Made by a program: the position numbers and the translations under genes
NCBI GenBank assembly: GCA_002633005.1
Contig: NMRA01000028.1
Location: 1,513,630 to 1,577,629 of the forward strand
DNA: 64,000 bases
Direction of reading: 5' to 3'
From: Phoronis australis
Lineage: Eukaryota; Animalia; Phoronida
Part shown: positions 26,764 to 41,342 of the stretch, piece by piece
Layout: each line of letters opens with the position of its first letter
Numbering within the stretch: position 1 is the stretch's first letter
Notes under the pieces: generated by a model
Seen by the model: only the letters and a program-made list of their open reading frames with translations
Databases searched by the model: none
Told to the model about the DNA's origin: nothing

Positions 26764-29700
26764 AATCACAATCACACTCACAAACGTGCACATTATTCTC
26801 TCTCCGAGCCTCTTGCCAATGTTTACACGGAGAAGAAGCCCAACTACTTTTGTTGAAATTCAGCATCTTTGCCGTTTGGATGATAATTATATTTTTCATT
26901 CATATAGTTTATCTCCAGTTCGTTTTTAAAAACTGTAAAACAAGGGTTTGTCCAGCAAGGCTAATAATTTCCACTCGGAACGAAGTTTCCTCAGTTGAAT
27001 CATTTCAACTCAGTGGTAGACTAAGTGTTTTCTAACTGTGAGCAAAGCATTTCAAAGGTGGGAGAAATCTTTTATACAATGATCTTAAAATGATGAGAAA
27101 TCAGAAAATACAGAAAACGCAATCGTTATGATTGTCTTGCATAAACCACACAGTGGTCCGTCTCATTATTCAAATACAAGCAAATATATTTGCTATAGTA
27201 ATACGTTTGACCAGTTAGATAATTCTAGATTTGATTTCTTTGTATCCCCTTGAAATGAAAAACGTGGGGATCAAGTTTGATTCCAATTATATGGACTAAA
27301 TGGTTAGTGATGGCCGGAATGATATTCAGAAGTTATTTGAAAAAGTTGTCACGAATCATAAAAAATACTCATATTTGTTATTTTGGTTTAGCCAGAGTTT
27401 TTTAGCAGGAGAAGGAAGTTAGTGTGACTACGTGGTTGCATGATCTTGCATTTTTGCCTTCAAAACAGAAACATTACCCTTTGGAAAAAGCGGTAAAACA
27501 CATCGAAAGACAAATTTCGTTTATGCTTCGCCAAGAATTCCCCGGTCCGCGTGTCCGTATACTTTCTCCAAAAGTCGCTGAAAAATCGTTTGTCTTCCAA
27601 AAAAGTCGATTTCTTTCCGTTTATTTTGTGGATTAAAGTATACGTCTTTGGTGAAAAAATCTTGAAAACTCGTAAAATCCAAATCCTACAACCATTACAA
27701 ATGGTGAAAAACAGGTAGGCAGCAAATTCAAATTCTACTTTCCGAGTCGGCTCTTTGCCGACCTAACCCGGCGGCTGAAATGTAAACTAATTACGAAGAC
27801 CAGGTACTTGTATCAGTGAGTGTGACAGGAGGTTCAGATTTTAAGTCCCAAATGACATCCACATTCCCAAAGGTTTGCAACGGCGTCGCTCGTTGGCGTC
27901 GGCTCTCAGCTTTGATGGCAACTTGGCCTGGCCCGCATGACGTTAATTCCATCATCGTGTAACTCTCCAAGAAGTGACATTCCTTAACGAGGTTGTGCGA
28001 CTTCACAAAAACAGGAAAATAGAGGCTACCGATTCATCATTGGGCCCTCTTTCCGTAAGCGTCCTCGTAAGAAGTTATCAAATAAAGACACAAAAAGGGT
28101 GGCCGCACGGATGCCATGAACGGCTTCCTCCAAAGGCTTGGCTCTACATATGAAAAGATCTGTAATTTCAAAAAACAGGAAACGAGCAGCAATTGATGCA
28201 ACTCGTCAGTTTCTTTTTTTTATGAAGTGATACACAATTTCGAGAAAAAAAAAACGAAAAAATGAGAGCGACAGGTGTCTCCATCATCCCTTGTCAGAGA
28301 GGGACCCTACATTCCCTGAATTTTAAAATCCAAATTAAAATGCTCTACAAAAGCTGTGCTTTACAAATTTTCTCAAGTTTTCTCAAATGTTTTCTTCGTG
28401 AGGCACGTCTCCCCGCTTCTAACGGCCCTGTCTTAATGGTCATGTTCGTGGTTATGTCGCAGTTGGGAAAAGCCAGCTAGATATCCTTACAATAAAAATA
28501 AAAATAAATCAAAATACATCATTAGCCGTTGAATATGAAATTAATTAAAATGTTATAAAAAAGAGACAGAAAAATTATACTTTCGTACACTTAACGCACT
28601 CACACATCTTGGAAATAACAAGAGAATGCTTCCATTATTAAGTATTTAGACACAAAATGTATTACTATTAACGGTAACTTATATTTCTTTATCTGAAATT
28701 ATGTTACGATAAGAGGAAAAATACGCCCGTTTCTTCTTAAACAATACACTTAACTGGAAAATTTTATCCCTTTAAAAAGATGATTTTACTGCGTACAACA
28801 GTGACGGAAATTAGCAAGTGATTAAAATATAAAAACTGGTAATCAGCCCCATTGGCATCCTATGCAAAACACGCGACTGCCGCAAAAAGTTAAATGTCTG
28901 GAACATGCATACGTACAAACGCGGCACTCTGCTGAAGTCAATAGCCAAATATTAACATTGCGCACAACTGCTAACATTGGGTACACGAATTAAGTAAATA
29001 TGAAGACGACCATCCATCATTCGCTTTTGTTGCCCCAGTACAAAACCTGTTGACAATGCAGTTAATGCAGCTATTAGTACAGTCTATCGAGCTGAACATA
29101 CATCTGAGTTGTCTTTGGTTTGCTCTTGGCATACATTGAACTACGCTTACCAAAACATTTTACAATCCATTGTATTACCGTAGAAGATGCTCTCTAGTCT
29201 GTGCTCCGTCATAGCGACGTTGTGAGGAGGGTAGATTTCTTCGGGTATGTCTGAAACACGATTTTTTAGAATTGTGGCGACACTCTCCAAACCCGCCGAG
29301 GAAAGGAATGACCTAGACATTGTCTCTATGTTACCATGGTTCCGTAAGAAAACTGCCGAAGTGTTTCGTGATTTGAAGACAGGTAATTACCAAAACACTC
29401 ACAACCACTTCCTTTTACTTGATGGCTGTATTCTGTTCTAGTCACAGAATAATCTTTCGAGATTTCCGAACATTATGAAAACTCCACTGACCTTACGTTG
29501 TTTATGACTAATACACGTACAGCACATTGCTTGTAGTGAGTGACTAGATTAAAACATGCAGTGGAGTCCATTTTGGTTAAATAAAACTGGGCTCAGGGTT
29601 GACTCGTATGAATTATGGGTTTGAATGCACCGATGGGCCTCATAAAAACAGCGTGGTGTATTGAGAACTAACGCGATTACCCAAGATTAAAAATATGCCG

Positions 29701-32700
29701 AGACAGTCCTAAGGTGTATTTTGGCAAAAATAAATTAAAAAACACGCCTACTAAAGAGTTCAGAAACATCCATACATGGGGTCATTCTCGTTAATAGCGG
29801 GGGAGGGGAGGTAAGATAACTTTGCGTCACCTCCCGTCCAGAACTGCAGCACCCGAACATTAACTTATTAGCTGCAAGTCGTTTTTCTCGTGCAGATATT
29901 CTGGTTGACATCATCAAGAACTGTCGGTTCGTCACACTTCCATCCGATGGCGCGGTTATCAAGCAAGGGGATCATGGAGACTGGTAATATATGATATCGA
30001 TAATGTTTTTTAAANAATCACAATCACACTCACAAACGTGCACATTATTCTCTCTCCGAGCCTCTTGCCAATGTTTACACGGAGAAGAAGCCCAACTACT
30101 TTTGTTGAAATTCAGCATCTTTGCCGTTTGGATGATAATTATATTTTTCATTCATATAGTTTATCTGCAGTTCGTTTTTAAAAACTGTAAAACAAGGGTT
30201 TGTCCAGCAAGGCCAATAATTTCCACTCGGAACGAAGTTTCCTCATTTGAATCATTTCAACTCAGTGGTAGTGTTTTCTAACTGTGAGCAAAGCATTTCA
30301 AAGGTGGGAGAAATCTTTTATACAATGATCCTAAAATGATGAGAAATCAGAAAATACAGAAAACGCAATCGTTATGATTGTCTTGCATAAACCACACAGT
30401 GGTCCGTCTCACTATTCAAACACAAGCAAATATATTTGCTATAGTAATACGTTTGACCTGTTAGATAATTCTAGATTTGGTTTCTTTGTATCCCCTTGAA
30501 ATGAAAAACGTGGGGAACAATTTTGATTCCAATTATATGGACAAAATGGTTAGTGATGGCCTGAATGATATTCAGAAGTTATTTGAAAAAGTCGTCACAA
30601 ATCATGAAAAATACTCATATTTGTTATTTTGGTTTAGCCAGAGTTTTTTAGCCCGAGAAGGAAGTTAGTGTGACTACGTGGTTGGATGATTTTGCATTTT
30701 TGCCTTCAAAAAAGAAACATTACCCTTTGGAAAAAGCGGGAAAACACATCGAAAGACAAATTTCGTTTATGCTTCGCCAAGAATTTCCCGGTCCGCGTGT
30801 CCGTATACTTTCTCCAAAAGTCGCTGAAAAATCGTTGTCTTCCGAAAAGTCGATTTCTTTCCGGTTATTTTGTGGATTAAAATATACGTCTTTGTTGAAA
30901 AAATCTTGAAAACTCGTAAAATCCAAATCCTAAACCCATTACAAATGGTAAAAAACAGGTAGGCAGCAAATTCAAATTCTATTTTCCGAGTCGGCTCTTT
31001 GCCGACCTAACCTGGCAGCTGAAATGTAAACTAATTACGAAGACCAGGTACTTGTATTAGTGAGTGTGACAGGAGGTTCAGATTTTAAGTCCCAAATGAT
31101 ATCCACATTCTCAAAGTTTGGCAACGACGTCGCTACTTGGCGTCGGCTCTTAGCTTTGATGGCAACTTGGCCTGGCCCGCATGACGTTAATTCCATCATC
31201 GTGTAACTCTCCAAGAAGTGACATTCCTTAACGAGGTTGTGCGACTTCACAAAAACAGGAAAATAGAGGCTACCGATTCATCATTGGGCCCTCTTTCCGT
31301 GAGCGTCTTCGTAAGAAGTTATCAATTAAAGACACGAAGAGGGTGGCCGCACGGATGCCAAGAAACGAGCAGCAATTGATGTAACTCGTCAGTTTCTCTA
31401 TTTTTATGAAATGATACACACTTTCGAAAAAAAACACGAAAAAATGAGAGCGACAGGTGTCTCCATCATCCCTTGTCAGAGAGGGACCCTACATTCCCCG
31501 AATTTTAAAATCCAATGAATTAAAATGCTCTACAAAAGCTGTGCTTTACAAATTTTCTCAAATTTTCTCAAATGTTTTCTTCGTGAGGCACGTCTCCCCG
31601 CTTCTACTATAACGGCCCTGCTTTAATGATCATGTTCGTGGATATGTCGGGGTTGGGAAAAGCCAGCTAGATATCCTTACAATAAAAATAAAAATAAATC
31701 AAAATACATCATTAGCCGTTGAATATGAAATTAATTAAACTGTTATAAAAAAGACACAGAGAAATTATACTTTCGTACACTTAACGCACTCACACATCTT
31801 GGAAATAACAAGAGAATGTTTCCATTTAAATAGGTATTTAGACATAATATGTATTACTATTAACGGTAACTTATATTTCTTTATCTGAAATTATGTTACG
31901 ATAAGAGGAAAAATACGCCCGTTTCTTCTTAAACAATACAATTAACTGGAAAATTTTATCCCTTCAAAAAGCTGATTTTACTACGTACAACAGTGACGGA
32001 AATTAGCAAGAGATTAAAATATCGAAACTGGTAATCAGCCCCATTGACATCCTATGCAAAACACGCGACTGCCGCAAAAAGTTAAATGTCTGGAACATGC
32101 TTAAATACGTACAAACGCGGCACTCCGCTGAAGTCAATAGCCAAATATTAACATTGCGCACAACTGCTAACATTGGGTACACGAATTAAGTAAATATGAA
32201 GACGACCATCCATCATTCGCTTTTGTTGCGCCAGTACAAAACCTGTTGACAATACAGTTAATGCAGCTATTAGTACAGTCTATCGAGCTGAACATACATC
32301 TGAGTTGTCTTTGGTTTGCTCTTAACATATATTGAACAACGCTTACCAAAACATTTTACAATCCATTGTATTACCGTAGAAGATGCTCTCTAGTCTGTGC
32401 TCCGTCATAGCGACGTTGTGAGGAGGGTAGATTTCTTCGGGTATGTCTGAAACACGATTTTTTAGGATTGTGGCGACACTCTCCAAACCCGCCGAGGAAA
32501 GGAATGACCTAGACATTGTCTCTATGTTACCATGGTTCCGTAAGAAAACTGCCGAAGTGTTTCGTGATTTGAAGACAGGTAATTACCAAAACACTCACAA
32601 CCACTTCCTTTTACTTGATGGCTGTATTCTGTTCTAGTCACAGAATAATCTTTCGAGATTTCCGAACATTATGAAAACTCCACTGACCTTACGTTGTTTA

Positions 32701-33210
32701 TGACTAATACACGTACAGCACATTGCTTGTAGTGAGTGACTAGATTAAAACATGCAGTGGAGTCCATTTTGGTTAAATAAAACTGGGCTCAGGGTTGACT
32801 CGTATGAATTATGGGTTTGAATGCACCGATGGGCCTCATAAAAACAGCGTGGTGTATTGAGAACTAACGCGATTACCCAAGATTAAAAATATGCCGAGAC
32901 AGTCCTAAGGTGTATTTTGGCAAAAATAAATTAAAAAACACGCCTACTAAAGAGTTCAGAAACATCCATACATGGGGTCATTCTCGTTAATAGCGGGGGA
33001 GGGGAGGTAAGATAACTTTGCGTCACCTCCCGTCCAGAACTGCAGCACCCGAACATTAACTTATTAGCTGCAAGTCGTTTTTCTCGTGCAGATATTCTGG
33101 TTGACATCATCAAGAACTGTCGGTTCGTCACACTTCCATCCGATGGCGCGGTTATCAAGCAAGGGGATCATGGAGACTGGTAATATATGATATCGATAAT
33201 GTTTTTTAAA
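26764..33210 (+). repeat. ~3.2-kb direct duplication (26764-30014 and 30016-33210) joined by an N; probably an allelic assembly artefact
   Basis: Copy 2 begins right after the N at 30015 with 'aatcacaatcacactcac', which matches 26764. Both copies end 'gataatgttttttaaa'. Scattered SNPs, plus a ~60-bp indel near 28117-28176. Confidence 0.92.
29247..29983 (+). other. Duplicate of exons 1-2 of the CNBD gene (29247-29382, 29896-29983)
   Basis: Encodes the same peptide as 32443-32578 and 33092-33179; followed by the gap. Confidence 0.8.
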
Positions 33211-36200
33211 AGTTCTTAAACAATAAAGCAATAGGTCTCAATTAAGGAAAGACAGTCATCCAATTTTCATTTAATTACGATTAATATATAAAACACATAA
33301 AGTATAAACGTTGTATGGCGCTAAAACTTGAGATATATTTTTTAAAATTATAGGTAACAATTGAGTTCAAATTGATGATCACTCATTTATAACAACAATG
33401 GCACTAGAACTTGAAGAACATTTGACAAACGGTCTCTATCGTCACCATTTATTCGCCAACGCCGAGTTCCTCATTGATTTTCATATTTCCAGCATGTACA
33501 TTGTGCTCAGTGGACAAGTGTCGGTGTACATCCAGTACGCCAAAGATAAGGACAAAACTGATACAGGAGAACAAGATGAGTTCATGACAGAAGAAACCGT
33601 TGACAAAGGAGTGGAGAGGTCTCTATCTCAAACTACAAAGAAGAGTTTTGTAAAAATAGCAAAAAAAGTCCAGAGCAAAACTGAAGAAGAAAAAGAGCAA
33701 CTCAAGAAAGAGGAAATGAGATCTGAAAAAATGAAACAGTTGTACGGAACATACGTGTGTAGTTTAGGTAAGCTATACAGCATTTTACAGTGGTAACTAT
33801 GTGTCTCGTGAAGATACCCTATTGACCATGAAACTCTTATCATAGCCTACTAGGTATTGCACGGTACCCATCGACCGAATAGAGAATTGCCCAAGAATTG
33901 AATCGCTTCTTGCTATAGAAACCGGAATATTAGCAACCGACTCGATGAGTGTATTGGCTCCCAAAGAATTTAATTTTCTGTATAGGTATAGGGATTCCCA
34001 GTAATATTTGAAGCTTGAAGTGTCTCACAAAAGCAAAGAGCTATCATTAAAACAAAGGGTTCATAAAAGCCAAGACGTGTTGCGGACAAATTCTCAAAAG
34101 CTATCAGTTGTTACCAAATATAACCTCAAGTTGACAATGTATACTTTCGTGGCAACGAAGAAACATGCACAGAAATACACCGAACAACCCGTTCCGGATA
34201 TTAGCGTATAGGTGTGAAGCTTGGTACAATGCGTTCGTACTCAGCGGTGGAATCAACACGATGTGGTTTTTTTTTTCTACATAATTTGGTGTGGAATGTT
34301 TTTGTCAGTAATATCGGTACAGAAAAAAGCTCGAGTTATGTAGGCCTACTTACAGTTTTCTGTGAAAATGTAATTTTACCATTAATTAATAAATTCCGAC
34401 TTGGTATCAGGAAAGCCATATTTCATAATCCTAATTCAGGTCCCGGAACAACATTTGGAGAAGTTGCACTTCTGACGGACGACTGCGTAAGGACAGCGTC
34501 CATTGTATGCGATACCACCAGTGATCTCTTGATTATTGAGAGGCAATTGTATGAGAGGTCTGTAAGAAAAATACTCGCCAAAGAGTTTGAGGACAGGGAA
34601 AAATTCATCGAAGGTTTGTAGATTATTCAGTCACGACTGTGTTATTGTATCAAAAATGATGCCCAAAAGCCAAATACGTAAGGTAACAGAGATTGTTACT
34701 CGGACACAGACTTTTTATAACATTTTAGGTCACCACCAAATCCCACATTGTTCTAAGTATTCTTGTAAATGCAAAATAATACCAGGCCGGGAAATCAGAA
34801 CAACGCACACTGTCTGCCCGGGGTATTTCCCTCATTGCATTCCAAGGACATGTACTACAAAAGGACTTGCCGTTACCACAATAGTTCCAGAGCGCAATTG
34901 CCTGAGTTGGGGTATTTTTGGCCAGGTCACCGTTTTTTCAACATTTTTTGTCATGAATATGTAATTCATAGAAAACCCATCGGTTACGGAAAACGCTTTA
35001 CGTGAGGACATTGGGTGTGTTCTCCCTCAGCATAACATTTCATGTCTTGCCCTGTTTCTATGACATTTTAAGTCTCCTTGTTATACTACAACAGAGTGGG
35101 AAATCAGGGCCTTTTTGGACAAATCGCAAAATTGCTACTATAGAGACAAATTTCGCTGAGATTACCCTTAAGAGAGGATCAGATTCTACGTTGCTATTGA
35201 GAACTGGAGGGCTGGGGCAAGTTTTTCGGTGAATAAACTTATCAGAAAATCAAGCCTAAACAATGGCAACAGTGCAAGACTTGGTCCAGCAACCTCACTT
35301 TAATGGTCATAAAAGAGAAGGTGTGATACAAAGAAAGATTAACGACGCAAACTAGAAACATTGCGTCATTAACATTTGAAGGCCATCCTGGTGTTGACCT
35401 GTCACGTTATTTCATGTTTTAGGATCGTCACTTTTTTCGAAATGGCCATCCAAGTTTAGAAAGCAGCTTGCAATGGCAATGACACGAATAGAACTTCCTT
35501 TTGAAAGAGTTCTCATTAAGCAAGGAGACCCTGTAACTGCCATCTATTTTATTGTCAGGTAGGTGATACCTAGATAAGCTTACGCCCGGCTTCAGCTCTA
35601 TTTACAGCTCAAACACGATGCCTCAGTCACATCAGAAATAAAAGCTCGAGTTTTTAATGTATGACCGCATTCAGCGCCATTCTAAAAAAAATAACACAAA
35701 CACTGCATACGATGTCAACGTGTATACTTTTTAAAGTAACTACTGAGCGCCTTCATTAAGAATACGATTTGTTGTGGATTGTTGTGGATTAGATTTCCCT
35801 ATTTTACAACGTAGTGGAGTTTGTAGATTGTGACTAGATTCGCCGCCACCAACTTGATTTGTTCAAATTCACTTCATCTTGACGTAACCATGCCCGCGCC
35901 CAGTGGGCAAAGGTCCGCCTCAGAGAAACAAAGACTCCGAAAAAGTAGAAGACGTTACAAAGTCCACTAAAAAGGCAAGAACTAACAAAATGCGGCAAAT
36001 GCACTGTTCATAGCTCTGAACGTAACCCCTGAATAATCGTAGTAAAACGTCCACGTTCTCAAGAATTCGAGCCCCCCAATTTTTAGGCTAGGTGCTCTCA
36101 TGGTAATGCATGGGCGTACCCAGGGAGGCTCGAACGAGCCCCCCAATTTGGCGAATTTGGCAAAAAGGTCCGCCTCAGCAAAACAAAAAGTACGAGCAAA

Positions 36201-39200
36201 CGAGACAAAAGTCCACAAAATCCCACGGGAAGTCGGAGCGGATGCACAATTCGTGAGCCTGAACCTAGTGGCCGGGTTTTTTTAGTCCTCGTTAACTTTT
36301 TTCACTGAAAGGTTCACACACAGAAAAATTCGAGCCCTCCTATACTTTGGGCTGGGTGCGCGCATGTAATGATAACTGTGTGTGTGGCTTTACCGAGAAG
36401 AAAACATTTGTACTATCAGTAAAACTGTTCTCACGTTTGCAGAGGAGAGCTGAAGATTACCATGGACCCAGACAAACATGTAACGCAGTACAGAAATATT
36501 TGGTCACCACCTGGTACTGAAGATGCTCAGATGTAAGTAGCTACGGCATCATAACACGAACACAAATTGATTCCACCACAAAAAAATGCGGATGTGGGTG
36601 GAGCATTGGCAAACTCCATGAGTTCCCGGGCATTAGCCGTTAGGCAAATTTGCTGACCACTGTAAAGATTTAAATATGTGAAAAAGAAAGTCGGACAAAT
36701 GTGAAAGAGGCTTGGAACGCGAAAAACTACATTGATTCTGTGCTACTGAAACATAATTCAGCCCGTTAACCAGGTACTTTTACGGTTTGTTCGTAACGAT
36801 TTTGAATTTCTGTTGATGTCAAAGCATTTCTCCTTTGGTTTCAAATTACAAAAAGAACAACCTGTCAACTGCTCGCCACTTCGTCGATTTTTTCCCACAA
36901 GGCAAAGCACGTTTCCTTATTTGGTAAAGCAAAACATGGACGTAGAACGTTTTTTTATATGAGAATGTGACCTTTGACCTTTGATGTAAACAAACAATGG
37001 CAACTTCAAGCAGCAGCCAGTCCGATTAAGAGGCAATTGATGCAAGTCCTAAGTGTTTAAAATCATAGTTATAACGGTATCGCAATGTTTAAATATATTC
37101 TAAATAGCACTTGGAATTCTTTTCGGAAAATTGGTTGCTTCGCTGACTTGCCTAACATTGTGCTGTCGACCTCAGTGTCGGTCAGCTGTTTGTCGAATGA
37201 CTGTGAGCACATGCACTCATTTATCTAAGTGGGAGGGAGATTAGAAACTCTGTGGTGATTACAGAGTTTTTCCTACGCACTTAATTAGAAAATCGTGAAT
37301 TTTGTGATCTTTTCTGAAAATTACTTCGCGGAGGAAGTAGATGTTGTAAGAAGGTACTTTGGCCAAGAATTGTCTAAAAGATATGTTCGACGAACTTTCG
37401 CGATCCATGCCTCTTCAAATTTGACCGAGCAAATTTGATGAAGGTGAGGGCGGAGGGACCTTTTGGCGAGCGAAGCAAAGCAACGTAAAACAGCGCTCAT
37501 GCGCATTGAACAATGATATTTCAATGTTTGTATAACTGGACGATTTATCGACTGTTACCTAACTAAGAGAATTAAATACAAATGATCTTGAAAATATTAT
37601 TAATCATAAGAAATCAATAATTTAACATAGTTATTCCACGGTTTTCTAATCAGAAATGAAGGAAAACCAGATAAAGGCAAAAGAAGAAGCCGCCGACCAC
37701 ACAGTCACCACACCCCCTTAGGAGTCTCATCAGAGTATGTGGATATTTGTTTCCAAAGCAACATGGAGGTATTAGGTAAGACACGCACACGTTAGGTGCA
37801 TCTTTATCGATCTTTATTCCTACGTTTACAAAAAAAGAGAAATTACTATTAAATGCAACAGGTGAATGTAATTTATTCATTTATTTATTATTGTGATATT
37901 TAAAATGAGGGTGGCCTCTTCAGTGATAGCACTGCTTTCCAAGAGGGCCCTTATAATATTGCCCGTTTGATCAAATGTCGCAAGCACCGTCGTGGACATG
38001 TTAACGTGAAGACGAGGCTGTAAGAGCGAAACGTTGCAACTGACGCTAGTTGCAAAATTTTCACCTTCAAACAAGCCGCAATAATGAACAGTGCAAAATA
38101 AAATCAAAGTTAGATCGTCTTAGCTTCTGCCGGATTTCCGACTTTGATAAAACGGGCCTGTGGGCGATCAAGCCGAAGCTTGAGTGCTTTGTGTGCAGGC
38201 GATAGATTTGGACATTTAGTCAAATATTGAACACCTTCAAATCTATATATAACTTAATTATTACAGAAGAAAAAATGAAATCACATCGTTTTATTCTAGA
38301 GAGGAACTGTAAAATGGTTAAATAATCTTACCGACCAATGTAAAGCTCGGACTGTTGCCGATGGAAATTACGAACCTTATGATGAGAAGACGGACACAAA
38401 ATGTGAAGGACAGAAGAAAAATGGGAAGGACAGGGTTGTGAAAGAAGCGCTATCGTTTGATTTATTAACGTCATTAAAACATGTAGTAAACATCAGCTAT
38501 TGAAGTGTACACCATGAGCAGTAATACATCAGTTGAGGGTCGAACCATGCATTTCCTAGAGCTGAACTTACTTTTACATCCTTAGTACTGTAATGGGAGT
38601 TACTGTTTGAAATTTTAGCCCAAGAAACAGAGAAATAACACGAGATAACCCTAAATGAACAAACGACCTGTTCTTCCCACCACATTCAAGCTGTTCCCGG
38701 CAATTTATCGTCCGTCCTTCGATTTTTCAGGTGAGTCCTTCCCACCTGCAGGACCATCCTTCCCATTTCTTTCCGTCTTTGGGTCTTTCCTTCCCATCGC
38801 CAATCCGGTGTTCATATTGAATCATCACTATAGTCTCAGGATTTTGTTGCTTTGACAATTCAAAATCATAACAGTACGCCTAACCCGAAACTTTAAAATC
38901 TCTCGACAGGTGATATGGAAGTATTCCTAGGCTTGACGACATTTTCTTGCACCGCTGTAAGTACGCAACCAACTGACGTTGTGGTGATTGACCTGAAGCA
39001 CTTCGACAGACTTGTGACCAAGAGAAACCCGGCTTCGGTGGAACAAATGCAAACGGTTTTAGCATCACGTATATCAGAGAGATTCACTAAACACATTCAA
39101 AGGAGGGTGCCGTTTACAACATACTTGCTAGAAAAATGTCTGGAATTGGTGAACCCTACACCCGATGAAATGACTTTAGCTTTGGCTGAAATCAATCAGA

Positions 39201-40590
39201 AAGTTCATTACAGCGACATAAGTGGCAGTATAGTGCCACCTAGAGGGTGTTTAGCGGACATGTTCGGCAGTGGCACCATATTTTACAGAATTAAAAAACG
39301 CTTCCAGCAAAAAATGATCGAAGAGATGAACTTAGAAAAATATGGCATTGCCCACGAGGACAACGACGCCCAGCACAGTCAGCGAATAAGGTCAAAATCT
39401 CCAAAATCCAGATCACCTGTACCAAAAGAGGACAAAGCGAAAAAAAGCAGGCGTGTTCCTACAGCAAGTGGTCCATCCGACGCTTTCATATTAGATGCTA
39501 AACAATTTAACGATATTCTGCAACAAATGGAGCAAATGAAAACGAGTACAACAAGGCCTGCTCACCAAGAACTTGAAGCTGCTGTTGGCACGTGGCTGTC
39601 CAAGGGCGGTAACTTAAAGCAGAGAGATGGCATTGTGAATTTGCAGGTGAGCACTTTGGTGTTAACAAGCGTTCTACCGAAGAAGCGAACTTTTGATTTC
39701 GACCACTAGGCCTACCCCCCTTGTAAAATTGGTTTCAGTTTATTCCTTACTAGCAACAGAAATGATTTCGGAGTTTGCAAAGAATTGAGAGCATAAAATG
39801 ACACGTCACGACAAACTAATTTTTAGCGCCTATCCTCGAACAATACAGAGCTAATTATTGTTACGAAGCTCTGAAATCACCTCCGAGTTAACTAAGAGAT
39901 ACTTTGAGACCATTTTCATAATGGTAAGTGGTCTAAATCAAAATATTTTTTCATGGAAGGTGTGGGTTTACAGCAGATTTAAATACAAGAAGCCCATTTG
40001 GTGAACATTTAGTTACTGAGGTTTTGGTCAACTGCATACATTTTGTGCAATAGTTCTTAACCATACCTTTCAACAATTATTGCTTCACACTGTAGTAACT
40101 ATAGGCATGAGATTACTGTACAATAAGACACACAGGCGGATCAAGATCAAGGACATCGTAAGGAAGACCGAACCACAATTTAGTTGTTCACCCCAGACTT
40201 TAGGCAGATGATGCCTTATTTTCATTTGGTTGCGTCAGCGGGCAGTGCCCCACAAACCCAGCAATGTAATGATTTACAATCAGTCAACCAGGACAATACT
40301 TAAAGGCGAGACTTTTACAACACATATCGAATACTTGATTTCAGGCAACTCTACCCCTGGGAAAAGGCGGAATCAATCTTTGTGTAAAACAGAAAAAGAA
40401 AATGATTATCCGTAAACCATCCGAGGACCTTGATGATGAGGAGGAGGAAGACGACGAATTTGCAAGCATTCGCCCAAAGGCACGAAAACGGCCTGCCAAC
40501 AAAAGCGCTGCTCAAGAGATTTCTCACGACGAAGCGCTGATTCAGCTAAGGAATAAAGTTCTAGAACAATCATCAATTCACCGCAGATAG
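32443..40590 (+). CDS. Tandem cyclic nucleotide-binding domain protein (CNBD2-like)
   Basis: 9 phase-consistent exons: 32443-32578, 33092-33179, 33493-33767, 34440-34613, 35423-35558, 36443-36532, 37654-37775, 38910-39646, 40345-40590. cNMP motifs: 'VIKQGDHGDCMYIVLSGQVSV', 'FGEVALLTDDCVRTASIVC', and a second domain 'LIKQGDPVTAIYFIVRGELKI'. AATAAA at 40648. Confidence 0.85.
35889..36102 (+). mobile_element. hAT5-like MITE family B (copy 1)
   Basis: CATGCCCGCGCCCAG ... CTAGGTGCTCTCATG; flanks gtaac / gtaat. Confidence 0.65.
36109..36366 (+). mobile_element. hAT5-like MITE family B (copy 2)
   Basis: CATGGGCGTACCCAG ... CTGGGTGCGCGCATG; 5-bp TSD TAATG on both sides. Confidence 0.75.
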
Positions 40591-41139
40591 ACAAGATATT
40601 GCTATTCAATCCATCCATTAAGAATCAAGACCAAGTGTACTGTTGCCAATAAAAACGCTGTTATTTTCGCATAATTTAACTGGAATTGAAATGTTCATCA
40701 TTTTTGCAGTCGAAAAACGCAATTTTGAGATAGACTTCTTGAAGTTATTAGCTTTGCTAGAACTATAAAACAAAATGTGTTGCGTTAGTACTTTATTATA
40801 AATCGCCAATTCACCCTGTTGATCTGCCAGAGATTGGCTAAAATCTAGGCCAGTGTCTTAAGCATTTAAATACTCTTAAAATATTCAGCCATTTAAACCG
40901 TGAGATTTGGCTCCCTGGCAGACCGTTCAGCTGCTATTGAAAAGTTACTACGATTACTAATTTCTGTAAAATTACTTTTCCCACCAGGAATGTCTCTTCA
41001 GTTGAAGCCTGCAAAGGAATTTCAACCTTTAACCTTTCCCAAAGGTACCCCTTGACCAGCACAGCATCTGAGGACCCAGTTGCAGTATCTGCCACATAGG
41101 CTGGTAAACAAAATACCAAATGCTATCACCATTGGTTTA

Positions 41140-41342
41140 CATGCGCGCACCAGGGAGGCGAAGTGGGCCAAAAAATTCACCTCAGGGAAACAAAAAAGTC
41201 CGAAAAAAGTAGGAAAACAGACAAAAGGCTGGAACTACCAAAATTGGGTGAATGCACAATTCATAACTCTGAACGTACCCTGTGGGTTTTTTTTAGTAAA
41301 AGGTCCACATTCTCAAAATTTTTTAGGCCGACTGAGCGCATG
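41140..41342 (+). mobile_element. hAT5-like MITE family B (copy 3)
   Basis: CATGCGCGCACCAGGGAGG ... GAGCGCATG; 5-bp TSD GTTTA on both sides; internal similarity to copies 1 and 2. Confidence 0.75.

Noticed and set aside
26567-31250. Short ORFs recurring in both duplicated copies (e.g. 27791-28006 and 31035-31250)
   Set aside because: Recurrence is explained by the near-identical duplication; no recognisable domains.
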